A stretch of 64,000 nucleotides of DNA. It comes from Bdellovibrionales bacterium. Lineage in GTDB: Bacteria > Bdellovibrionota > Bdellovibrionia > Bdellovibrionales > JAUICD01. Location: positions 1,920,001-1,984,000 of the forward strand of contig OZ253553.1 of assembly GCA_965262715.1 (NCBI GenBank). The letters are read 5' to 3'. The notes beneath the pieces were generated by a model. The model ran no database searches and was not told the origin of the DNA. It was given only the letters and a program-made list of their open reading frames with translations. Positions within the stretch are counted from its first letter, which is position 1. Each line of letters opens with the position of its first letter. This document shows positions 49,684 through 59,051 of this stretch, piece after piece. The translations under genes were made by a program, and so were the position numbers.

Positions 49684-50970
49684 ATGAGAAGTCAAAATTT
49701 CAGATATATTATTATCCCTATGTTGATGTTTCTATTCATCCTTATCTTTGCTTTTCAAAATTGCTCAAAGAGTGAAGATAGCTCTGTGAGGCATACTAGA
49801 GCGTCAACAGGAGGAGACAACGCTGTTTTTAAGCTCAGTGAAAAACATAATGGAGGAGATGATGTATCTGAGATTTTATGGCAAATAAAATCTGGTACTG
49901 GTTGTGGCACAGGCACGATATCTACCGAGACTGCTTTGAATATTGAGATACCTTGGAATCAAGATTATGAACCAGGTACATGGGGGATTTTTAATGTAGC
50001 AGCTCTCACTCATCTTGAACAAGAAGATTGCTTTATTTATCACTCTTTTCGTTTTAGTGATGTACTCTCTGTAGATCATTTAAGTTGTGCGCTCTCTTCC
50101 GGTTTTATTTCATTTTCACTTTCTGACGATTCATCAATTGAAAGAAATTATTTTCCTGTTGGTTCTTCTGTAAATCTGGAAGTTAAGGAATATGAAAGCA
50201 GCATTGAAGAATCATTAGAGAATATTTCTTTTCAGTGGAGCATTAAAAAAGTTGGAGATGACACAGAGCTTGCTGACTCATCTCACACGTCACATCAACT
50301 CACTCACACTTTTTCAGAAATGGGACTCTATGAAGTTTCAATAAAACCAACTTCTCCTTCTGAGAATCTATTTGGGTCTTTTGATGGTACAGATCTATTC
50401 ATTGGTCTCTGTGAAAAAGAAGTAGAAGCTGTAGAAGTTGTTCTTAGTGAGGAAAGCTTTGGAAACTTAACACCAGAAGAAGCTTTAGAAACAAGACCTA
50501 TTTTCAATTATGTCAGACCTTCCGACACAGATTCTAGCAACAAGGTGACTCTTATTTTTGATGATAGTCGAGAAAGGTATAGTGGGCACTCACCACGTAT
50601 TTACAAATATAACAGGAGCAGTTCATCTAAATTTATTGATATTGATATTCAAAATGCAGATGAATGTTTTTTTGATGATGAACCTATTCTAAAAGAATGC
50701 TCACAACCACCAATAGATTGTGTTTATGAAATACGAGAAGGTTTATCTCCATTGTCATCCTGCAGCGGCAAAGCACTAGATATGTCAACACTAGATACAG
50801 ATACTACAGAGTGCACTGACGATATTTTTTTTGTAGTAGCTTCTCAAACAGGTCAGGAATATAAACCACAAAAAACTTTTTATAAGCACTGTCCAGCAGA
50901 TCAAGACTATTGTTACTTTGGAGAAGAAAATTATTACCGACCAAGCGACCATAACTGCCCTTCCTCTTAA
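49684..50970 (+). CDS. Cys-rich lipoprotein with a PKD-like segment, tandem copy 2
   Basis: FQNC lipobox; paralog of 48232-49548. Confidence 0.85.
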   Translation: MRSQNFRYIIIPMLMFLFILIFAFQNCSKSEDSSVRHTRASTGGDNAVFKLSEKHNGGDDVSEILWQIKSGTGCGTGTISTETALNIEIPWNQDYEPGTWGIFNVAALTHLEQEDCFIYHSFRFSDVLSVDHLSCALSSGFISFSLSDDSSIERNYFPVGSSVNLEVKEYESSIEESLENISFQWSIKKVGDDTELADSSHTSHQLTHTFSEMGLYEVSIKPTSPSENLFGSFDGTDLFIGLCEKEVEAVEVVLSEESFGNLTPEEALETRPIFNYVRPSDTDSSNKVTLIFDDSRERYSGHSPRIYKYNRSSSSKFIDIDIQNADECFFDDEPILKECSQPPIDCVYEIREGLSPLSSCSGKALDMSTLDTDTTECTDDIFFVVASQTGQEYKPQKTFYKHCPADQDYCYFGEENYYRPSDHNCPSS

Positions 50971-51099
50971 GCAACCGACCTTACACAAAATAATTTACAA
51001 GCTCTATTAAACCACCAGTAAAATAAAAAAGCTTATTACATAAAGCCTGACATAATTAGACATCTTTGTGCATCAAGACCAAAAAGAGCTGAAATTTTT

Positions 51100-51153
51100 T
51101 ATTTTGGAGAAGAAAATCACCGACCCAGCCATCATCATTGCCCTTCTTCTTAA
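51100..51153 (+). pseudogene. 3' remnant of a third lipoprotein paralog
   Basis: Reads YFGEENHRPSHHHCPSS*, matching the C-termini of both paralogs. Confidence 0.7.
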
Positions 51154-51171
51154 GTAAATCGATGCTACTGT

Positions 51172-51738
51172 CTATGAAGTGGGTATAACCTGTATGTCTG
51201 GAAAATCTTGTTGAAGTATGGATTCAATAGCATAGAGAGTTCCTGTGACAGCACTAGGACAAGAACCACATGCTCCCTCATAGCGGACATAGAGTTTATC
51301 ATCTTTATAATCGACAATTTCTATATCTCCACCATCTGCTTGCAATCCATCTCTAACTGTTTGGTCTAAGATGCTCTCAATCTTTTGTAATTCTGGAGAT
51401 AGGGCTTCCTTACGTTTGTTTTCATATTCAACTTTCTGTTCATTAAAACAGGGATTATGAGTAGGAAGCCTGGTGATCAGGACAGATTCAATCTGTTTGG
51501 ACAAGTCTTTCCACTTATCAAAAAGACTTGCATCATCGCTTCTTGTGATACTGATCACATTTTCAAAAAAATGCACTTGAATGACCTCTTTAATAGCTAG
51601 AAGATCTCTAGCTAAAGTATTTCCCTTACAATCATCATCTAAGTGAAATGTAGCTTTACCTTGATCAATGACATTTTTTTTTAAAATAAATTTTAGAGCA
51701 TTTGGATTAGGCGTGGATTCTATTTGAAAATCATCCAT
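51172..51738 (-). CDS. NifU/Nfu-family Fe-S cluster carrier
   Basis: TPNPNALKF, DGGDIE, GACGSCPS. Confidence 0.92.
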   Translation of the reverse strand: MDDFQIESTPNPNALKFILKKNVIDQGKATFHLDDDCKGNTLARDLLAIKEVIQVHFFENVISITRSDDASLFDKWKDLSKQIESVLITRLPTHNPCFNEQKVEYENKRKEALSPELQKIESILDQTVRDGLQADGGDIEIVDYKDDKLYVRYEGACGSCPSAVTGTLYAIESILQQDFPDIQVIPTS

Positions 51739-51811
51739 ATAAATTAAGATGTTATTTTTTCTATTTGAGTATTTTTCATATTACCTTTCTTTTTTAGAAG
51801 TTGCTCTTGCA

Positions 51812-52612
51812 TCATTCTTTTTTAGATTCTTTAGAACTTGTTTTAGATTCACTCTTGCTTTTTTGTTGAGATTCAATAATATCAAGCAATTCTACTTCAA
51901 AGATGAGTGTGGAATAACTAGGGATTTTTGGGCGACTCTGAGGACCATAAGCCAGCTTGCTAGGGATAAAAAGCTTCCACTTAGAACCTACTGGCATCAA
52001 TTGTAGGGCCTCTGTCCATCCTGCAATCACTCCAGATACAGGAAACTCTGCAGGCCGGCCTCTTTTATAAGAACTATCAAACTCCTCTCCTGTAGCAAGA
52101 GTCCCTTTATAATGTACACTCACTATGCTGTCTTTAGTAGGCTTAGGACCATCACCCATTTTTTGTACTTGATATTGCAACCCTGAATCTGTTGATAAAA
52201 TACCTTCAACTGATTTATTTTTTTCTAAGAAGTCTTCACCCTTCTTTTTGCTAACTTGAGCTTGTTGTCTTTGATGTTGTATAATCGATTTTTGCATATT
52301 TTGCATGGCTTTTAACATTTCTTCCTCTGTCATGCGATTTTTTTCATCCTCTGAAAAGGCATCGCCGACAGACATAGTAAGCACATCCATGTCAATTTGA
52401 ACACCTTGAGATTTGAGAGATTGCCCAAACTTGTAGCCAATAGCATAACTGATCTTTTTTTCATCTGTATCTAAAGGAATGTTTTCTGATTTTTGTGTGC
52501 AAGAAATAAAGGAAATAATAAGAAAACAAATAAAACTTATATTCTTTCCTAAAGAAAACCATTTTGTTGTTGATCTTATTATAGACTGATGTACTGAATG
52601 CAACATTTTCAA
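51812..52612 (-). CDS. FKBP-type peptidyl-prolyl isomerase (FkpA/Mip-like)
   Basis: SYAIG, SGLQY, VHYKGTL, FDSSYKRG, VIAGWTEAL, LIFEVELL. Confidence 0.93.
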   Translation of the reverse strand: MKMLHSVHQSIIRSTTKWFSLGKNISFICFLIISFISCTQKSENIPLDTDEKKISYAIGYKFGQSLKSQGVQIDMDVLTMSVGDAFSEDEKNRMTEEEMLKAMQNMQKSIIQHQRQQAQVSKKKGEDFLEKNKSVEGILSTDSGLQYQVQKMGDGPKPTKDSIVSVHYKGTLATGEEFDSSYKRGRPAEFPVSGVIAGWTEALQLMPVGSKWKLFIPSKLAYGPQSRPKIPSYSTLIFEVELLDIIESQQKSKSESKTSSKESKKE

Positions 52613-52635
52613 TATCCTTCATAGTTATTAGCTGC

Positions 52636-52923
52636 TTACTTAAGTAACCCTGGGTTTAAACTATCTTTTAGCTCTTTCCCTACTTTAAAGAAAGGTAGTC
52701 TTTTCTTTTTGACATTAATGACCTCACCCGTTCTTGGATTTCTTCCTTTATAAGAATCATAATAACGATTGGCAAAAGAACCAAAACCTCTAATCTCAAT
52801 ACGGATGTCCTTTTTTAAGGCACTTACCATTGTTTCAAAAATAACATCCACAATGATCTCTGCCTTGCTACTACTCAAGTCTGCTTTCTTAGCAACTGTT
52901 TGGATAAGTTCTGACTTAATCAT
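52636..52923 (-). CDS. HU/IHF-family DNA-binding protein (IHF beta-like)
   Basis: KSELI, IEIRGFGSF, GRNPRTGE, PFFKVGKELK. Confidence 0.92.
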   Translation of the reverse strand: MIKSELIQTVAKKADLSSSKAEIIVDVIFETMVSALKKDIRIEIRGFGSFANRYYDSYKGRNPRTGEVINVKKKRLPFFKVGKELKDSLNPGLLK

Positions 52924-53481
52924 TTAATTAAAACCCTATTTTTACGACCAACATAATTTAACCCCTATTTTAATGCATCTATACTCGATACCTCTTAAGC
53001 TATAAATAATTTGTTTATCAGTATCTTACTTGCTCATTATTATTTCAATTCACTCCTTATTGCAAGATCAAATCATCATTTATAAAATATAAAAATTAAA
53101 AATACTTCATACAACTCTATTACAACATAATTACAGAAACTCCTTCTGACAGAAACACTGTTTCATAAAGATAAATCTGCCTACATTATAGACATATAAT
53201 GTTTAACTTTTAGCCACATAGTAACCTATTGAAAATACTAAGCTTTAAACAAATACTGGCTTTAATATCTACATTTCTATTCAATTAAAGCTTCACTTGT
53301 ACTTATGGGTGATTTATTCAAAAGGAACAAAAATATAATATTTCTAAATACTTATTAGATTATAGTCGATATTTTAAACACTTGGAACCATCTTTGCACT
53401 AAATAATTATATCAAAAACTAAATGAAGCAATTTTTAGGGATTCAACTGTCAAATATTCAAAACAAAAGGGATTAGAAATA

Positions 53482-54999
53482 ATGAAAAAAAACAAACTCT
53501 ATATTTTAATACTTATTCCGTTAGCACTTGCTATGACCTCTTTTAATGTTGAAACACAAATTGAAAGAAGATCAATTGAACTAGCACAAAGCAGCGACAA
53601 TCCAGTAGAAGCTATACCTGAATCACCAGAAGCTAAGTCAACAGAACCACCAGCAGGTATAACAAACACTGCAGAAAATATTCGAGACATTCTCAGCCGG
53701 ATGCCAGATGAAATAAACATAGATACGAATAATGATAAAGAAGACGACACCACCCTTCAAGTTATAAAAATTGAAGAAAGCCCGCAGACATCAGGTTTCT
53801 CAATTTCTCCTGGTGCTGATAATACAAGAAATCAAGGTAAAATTATAATTACTATAAACACCTTCACAGAGGCTAATTTAGAGGCGGTACCTGGGATGCC
53901 CTGCGACTGTGACTCTCAGCAATCAATTCGCTTGGAGGTAATCCTTGCAGAAGGTCAGAGCTTAGAATCTCTTACGCCAGATGATTTAAAAACACTTCTT
54001 AAACAGAACAGCGGTGTTATCTTTGAAAAGGTCAATCAAGAAAGACGCAGTCAACATGAACAGCGTTTAGCAGAAAAAGATTGCGATCGTAAAGAAAATA
54101 ATCGGGAAAAATTAAACTGTTTGATTGATCGTGTTAAAGAATCATCAGGAGATGAAAAAGAAGAATTTGTCGCTGAAATTGAAGATCAAATGCGAGACTT
54201 GCTTTACAGTGAAGAAGATTCTGATCAAAGAACATTTGATGCCATCTTCAGAAAACTAAAGAGCGATCGTGCTTTAACAGCTTTAAAAACCAAACTCGAA
54301 AAGCACAAAGATATCAAAGAAGAGGTTGACGAATACAAAGAAGCCTCTACACATTTTGCTAATGAAATGAGAGAGCACAATCTGGCTTATGAAGAAAGCT
54401 TAGATATGATAGCAAATATAGAGAGAAATGGTTTTAGATACCCCCAAGATTGGGCAAACTACGATGCTGCAGTTCAGAATGGGGATACAGCTAAACGTCT
54501 ACTATTTCAAGCACAGCTTGGACTAAATAGGACGACAACAGATTTTAGAAGCGAATTTGATAGAATAACCACCAGACACAGTAGTGGTTTAAGTCCACGA
54601 GATATTCAAATAGCCAGAAATTATGCTTTTCCAAGAGCAAATAATAGCAGAGGAAGAAGCGCAAATGTAAGAGGAAGAGTGGCCAGTCAATCACCATTAG
54701 GCGCAAGAAGCCCTCTTATAGGAGATCAATCTATAGATTATTTAAGAGGTAATTCATATAATGGCTTACAAGGATCACCTCAGAGATTTAATAGCAGCCT
54801 CTACTCTACTAGAGGGCGATTTGGTAGTAACAATCCTACAGCTCTTAACGGCCGCATTAACGGCAGAGGCAGAAGTATGAGAAGTGGAAACCAATTTAGA
54901 TATGACCGCTATGACACTTTACCACAGCCACGAAATTTATACATTGATAGAAGACAACCTAGCAGAGGCAGAGGTATAGGTGGTCGAATAAGCATCTAA
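53482..54999 (+). CDS. Hypothetical secreted protein with an acidic coiled-coil core and R/G/N-rich tail
   Basis: 505-aa ORF with signal peptide and RBS. Confidence 0.75.
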   Translation: MKKNKLYILILIPLALAMTSFNVETQIERRSIELAQSSDNPVEAIPESPEAKSTEPPAGITNTAENIRDILSRMPDEINIDTNNDKEDDTTLQVIKIEESPQTSGFSISPGADNTRNQGKIIITINTFTEANLEAVPGMPCDCDSQQSIRLEVILAEGQSLESLTPDDLKTLLKQNSGVIFEKVNQERRSQHEQRLAEKDCDRKENNREKLNCLIDRVKESSGDEKEEFVAEIEDQMRDLLYSEEDSDQRTFDAIFRKLKSDRALTALKTKLEKHKDIKEEVDEYKEASTHFANEMREHNLAYEESLDMIANIERNGFRYPQDWANYDAAVQNGDTAKRLLFQAQLGLNRTTTDFRSEFDRITTRHSSGLSPRDIQIARNYAFPRANNSRGRSANVRGRVASQSPLGARSPLIGDQSIDYLRGNSYNGLQGSPQRFNSSLYSTRGRFGSNNPTALNGRINGRGRSMRSGNQFRYDRYDTLPQPRNLYIDRRQPSRGRGIGGRISI

Positions 55000-55094
55000 A
55001 AAAATCTATTATTTTCAAAAATCAGGTTGATATACATCAATAAATGATTTCCTTAATATGGTGTTAAGAAACAGAGGCTATCTCTTTTCTATCT

Positions 55095-55199
55095 GGGAAA
55101 CTGGCAAACAAGCAATTGGTTGCCGACAACTAAAACGATGACTGGTAACAAGGATAGCTTACCAGCTTCTAAGTCTACCTGAATGCCAGATAAAATAAT
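55095..55199 (+). repeat. Dispersed repeat family C
   Basis: gttgccg.caactaaaac and gatgactg.taaca..a.agctt.cc also at 61861-61990 and inverted at 15887-15940. Confidence 0.55.
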
Positions 55200-55248
55200 C
55201 CACTATTTTAAATCTTGTTTCTATATACCTACGTATACCTTTTTTTTA

Positions 55249-56637
55249 CATTCCCTTAGCATGATGTCAAAAAACGAGGAATATCTACCCTCCTAAAAAT
55301 GAACAGATTTTTGAGACAATCAGCATTACTGATAGCTCTAACCGTCAGGCTAACTAATAAACAACAACGATTCCCTTAACATGATGTCAAAAAACGAGGG
55401 GAGTCTCCCTACTCAAAATAAACAGATTTTCTAGGCGATAACCATTTTACCGGCGGTGAGAACCGTCGGGGTCATCGCCAGAAAACGGCCAGAGGCTCGC
55501 CTCGAGAGGCCAGTTTATTTTGAGTGAAGTAGCAAATCAAGGAAAATATCTTTGCAGTAATGATTTGAGGGGGAGGTAGTAAACGATTTCCTTAACATCA
55601 TGTTAAAAAACGAGGGGAGTCTCCTACTTAAAATGAACAGGTTTTTGAGGCATTTAGCATTTTCTTGAAGGCGCGAGCCTTCAGGCTGATTAGATACATT
55701 TAAAGAGTCTATCATCTATAAATTAAACACTGTAATCTTTAAAAATCTCAGTGAGACAAGCCTTAACGCTTGTCTATTCCAAAAACTGCCAGAGGCAGGT
55801 TTATTTTTAGTGAAAATAAGTTTTGCGGAAGATCTCGTTTTTGGCTTAAAACATCAACTCTTAGACTGCTATGAAAAGATTTGGTGTGATTTGAAGGGAG
55901 GAGGTAGTGAATGGAAATTTTCCTTAACATATTGTTAAGCAACGAAGGGAGTCTCCCCTCCTAAAAGTAAACGGATTTTCTAGGCAGTCAGCATTTTCTT
56001 GAAGGCGTGAGCCTTCAGACTGATTAGATACATTTAAAGAGTCTATCATCTATAAATTAAACACTGTAATCTTTAAAAATCTCAGTGAGACAAGCCTTAA
56101 CGCTTGTCTATTCCAAAAACTGCCAGAGGCAGGTTTATTTTTAGTGAAAATAAGTTTTGCGGAAGATCTCGTTTTTGGCTTAAAACATCAACTCTTAGAC
56201 TGCTATGAAAAGATTTGGTGTGATTTGAAGGGAGGAGGTAGTGAATGGAAATTTTCCTTAACATATTGTTAAGCAACGAAGGGAGTCTCCCCTCCTAAAA
56301 GTAAACGGATTTTCTAGGCGATGACCATTTTACCGACGATGAGAACCGTCGGGGTCATCGCCAGAAAACAGCCAGAGACTCGCCTCGAGAGGCCAGTTCA
56401 TTTTGAGTGAAACAGCAAAACAAGGAAAAGATCTTTGCAGTAATGATTTGAAGGGGAGGTAGTAAACGATTTCCTTAACATGATGTTAAAAAACGAGGGG
56501 AGTCTTCTTACTAAAAATGTCCCAAGCTTTCTGGCAGTCAGCTTTTTACGACGACGAGAGTCGTCGAGCTTACTGCCAGAAAGTTGCTAGGAGCAAGGGG
56601 CATTTTTAGTGATACAGAGCATTTTTAGGGAGACAGT
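55249..56637 (+). repeat. Array of six family A structured repeat units, including a 334-bp-period tandem duplication
   Basis: Cores near 55253, 55373, 55590, 55922, 56256, 56473; 55656-55985 is nearly identical to 55990-56319. Confidence 0.9.
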
Positions 56638-57992
56638 TCTAAACCTCTTCTTTCAAATTCTTGTTTGATGATGTCAGAGTATTTAGAACTTTTTTCTGAA
56701 GAAAACATTTGTTGGTTAAGATGATTTATTTTTACTCCAAGAGTTTCAAAGTTGTCACTGTAGGTGATTAACGGAAGATGCTCGGTAAAGAGCTTTACAA
56801 TATCCTCTTTTAAAACATCAGTATGGTTATATATCTCCCACCAAATACTACTATAGAGGACTCCCATTAAATGAATCTCACCACTGCCATCATCTTGGCA
56901 ATTATCATAAACTGCATCAGCAGTCAGCGTTTTATTTTTTGTAGGGTTTCTAGAGAATTCCTCACCAGAACCGCAGGCTGTAATACCCTTTAGATTATTA
57001 GTAATAAGCTCTCCTATTTGAGGATTATCTGGAAATAAAATAGCTACATGAAAGTCAGCCTGTCCTTCATTAATAGCAAAGAGACAACCTTTTTTATCAA
57101 TACAACAACGACTTGAATCATTTTGTTCTTCCCCAGAGAGTTCACAGAGAGATTTTCTATCAGAACATCTCACATTTTTCTCACAAACACCATTACTAGA
57201 CCTTTCAACAGCAGAATAAGAAAAGTTAGCATGACCTGCTTCATGCACAAGAACGTCAGCACTTAATCCCATTCGCCCTCCACAAAGCTGTATTTTATTT
57301 TCAGAGGCACTCCAGTAAGCGCAAGCTTTAGAGTCACTAAGTCTCTCGTTGAGAATAGTAATATTCTTATTTGTGGCATACCATTTACCTGTATTGAGCT
57401 GCATCCAATCCTTTTGGTACATAATCCAGTGATATATCATGGCTTGATCTACTGAAAGATCAAAATCAGTGTAGGGTGTCGTCCACTTCCCTTTAGGGTC
57501 AGAAACATGAACTCTTTTTTTATCTTCATCAGATTCTATAAGCACATCAAAATGTTCATTTTTCAAAGAACCCTCAGTCGTATCACTGATATAAACAGCA
57601 TAATTTTGGAGTGAATAAAGCTCTTCTAATATAACATTAATATCTGTGCTTAAATTTAGAGGCGCGCCTTTTTGAGCAACAGGGTTCTTCTCATAAATAC
57701 AGGCATTGATATTGGGGTTCATCGGTAATTCTTCTTGGCAATTAGGCACTATACTCCCTACTCTGCCGGGTATTTGTAGTCTATCTGCTAAAGTAGTTGT
57801 AGTTGTACTTGTAGTACTTATCGAGCTTGTTGTTGTGCTTTGAATTGGTGAAGAAGATTCTTCCTGTTTACTTGAAGGTGTCAGCTCACCTCCAAGTTCT
57901 TCTGTTTTACAATTTTGAAAGAAAAGACTAATAAAAACCAATGTTATCAAAAAAAACAACCATGGAATGTATCTTCTTTTAAATAACTTCAT
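56625..57992 (-). CDS. Lipoprotein gluzincin metalloprotease (M4/M36-like)
   Basis: FQNC lipobox, Thr/Ser linker, DVLVHEAGH, NEGQADF, EIHLMG..SSIWWEI. Confidence 0.82.
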   Translation of the reverse strand: MKLFKRRYIPWLFFLITLVFISLFFQNCKTEELGGELTPSSKQEESSSPIQSTTTSSISTTSTTTTTLADRLQIPGRVGSIVPNCQEELPMNPNINACIYEKNPVAQKGAPLNLSTDINVILEELYSLQNYAVYISDTTEGSLKNEHFDVLIESDEDKKRVHVSDPKGKWTTPYTDFDLSVDQAMIYHWIMYQKDWMQLNTGKWYATNKNITILNERLSDSKACAYWSASENKIQLCGGRMGLSADVLVHEAGHANFSYSAVERSSNGVCEKNVRCSDRKSLCELSGEEQNDSSRCCIDKKGCLFAINEGQADFHVAILFPDNPQIGELITNNLKGITACGSGEEFSRNPTKNKTLTADAVYDNCQDDGSGEIHLMGVLYSSIWWEIYNHTDVLKEDIVKLFTEHLPLITYSDNFETLGVKINHLNQQMFSSEKSSKYSDIIKQEFERRGLELSP

Positions 57993-58044
57993 TTAAATAA
58001 TGATTCCTGACGCTAAATAAAATTTTAAAAGTCCATATTTAGTC

Positions 58045-58073
58045 TTGACATATATACTTCTCTTCGGTAGAAT
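58045..58073 (+). promoter_or_regulatory. sigma70-like promoter upstream of rpsP
   Basis: TTGACA-N17-TAGAAT. Confidence 0.6.
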
Positions 58074-58302
58074 CTTGAGAATAATAAATGACTAAAAAAT
58101 AAAGCTTGAATAAAATTTTGAATTAAATTAGGGATAATAAAGGTTTAACTTGAAGACTTTAAATAGCCAGGAAACTAAGCTTTTCAACTGAGGTTTATTT
58201 GTTCAGTCATATCTTATTGACTACGTTGTACCAAGTGTGCGATTTTAGAGTTTTAATAATAGGAGTGGGAAATTTTATGAGATTTGACCTGAGGAGAAGA
58301 AC

Positions 58303-58569
58303 ATGGTTGTGATCCGTTTATCTCGATATGGAGCTAAAAAAGCACCAAAGTACCGCATCACTGTTTCTGACCAGAGGAAATGGCGAAATAGCCGTGCTAT
58401 TGAGGTCTTGGGGCATTATACCCCATCTCATCAAGGAATGGCAAAAAAGGTTGTTATTGATTTGGAAAACATCAAAAAGTGGGTCCATCAAGGGGCAAAG
58501 CCTTCTTTACGTGTACAAAAACTCATTTCTGAAGCACAAACATCATTGCCTGTGGAAAAAAATGCTTAA
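58303..58569 (+). CDS. rpsP: 30S ribosomal protein S16
   Basis: MVVIRLSRYGAKKAPKYRITV, IEVLGHY, GAKPS; RBS gaggag. Confidence 0.95.
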   Translation: MVVIRLSRYGAKKAPKYRITVSDQRKWRNSRAIEVLGHYTPSHQGMAKKVVIDLENIKKWVHQGAKPSLRVQKLISEAQTSLPVEKNA

Positions 58570-58711
58570 AAGTGAAGGTGTGTTCACGAATTGAAGACGA
58601 TTACGATGGATTTATTTAAAGATTTGAGTTAATATAGGATGAAAAAGACATAAGGTTTAAGTAAATAACCAAAATAAAGAATTTAAATATATATGTAGGG
58701 TGGTATTAATC

Positions 58712-58960
58712 ATGAGTAATGAGACAAGCTTAAAAGAACTTGTAGAATTTATGGCAAAATCTTTAGTAGACAAACCTGAAGAGGTGGTTGTCAATGAAAT
58801 GATAGGGGAGCACACGACGGTGATTGAACTTAGAGTTGCTAAAGATGATTTAGGTAAAGTTATAGGAAAACAAGGTCGCACTGCCAAGTCGATGAGATCA
58901 ATATTGAATGCAGCTAGCATTAAAATTAATAAACGTAGTGTTTTAGAGATTCTAGAATGA
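58712..58960 (+). CDS. khpA: KH-domain RNA-binding protein
   Basis: [21 protein letters not shown]; follows rpsP. Confidence 0.92.
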   Translation: MSNETSLKELVEFMAKSLVDKPEEVVVNEMIGEHTTVIELRVAKDDLGKVIGKQGRTAKSMRSILNAASIKINKRSVLEILE

Positions 58961-59051
58961 GCTTTAATGAAAGTTAACTTGTTAGTCGATACCACTTTAT
59001 AAAATTGATTCTCACTATTTGTCTTTAGTTAAAAAACCAAGTTAATTGATT

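Noticed and set aside
48232..50970. Diversity-generating retroelement template/variable pair
   Set aside because: Both copies are full genes, differences include indels and are not adenine-specific, and the only RT is embedded in a group II intron
55515..55715. 66-aa ORF in the repeat array
   Set aside because: Translation of repeat sequence with no coding features; same for 29484-29765
55249..56637. CRISPR array
   Set aside because: Cores are ~50 bp and variable, spacing is irregular (~120-334 bp), intervening sequences are themselves repeated, and there are no cas genes in the window
55249..56637. Integron attC array
   Set aside because: CCTTAAC resembles an R'' box, but I see no matching distal GTTRRRY arm, no cassette ORFs between units and no integrase
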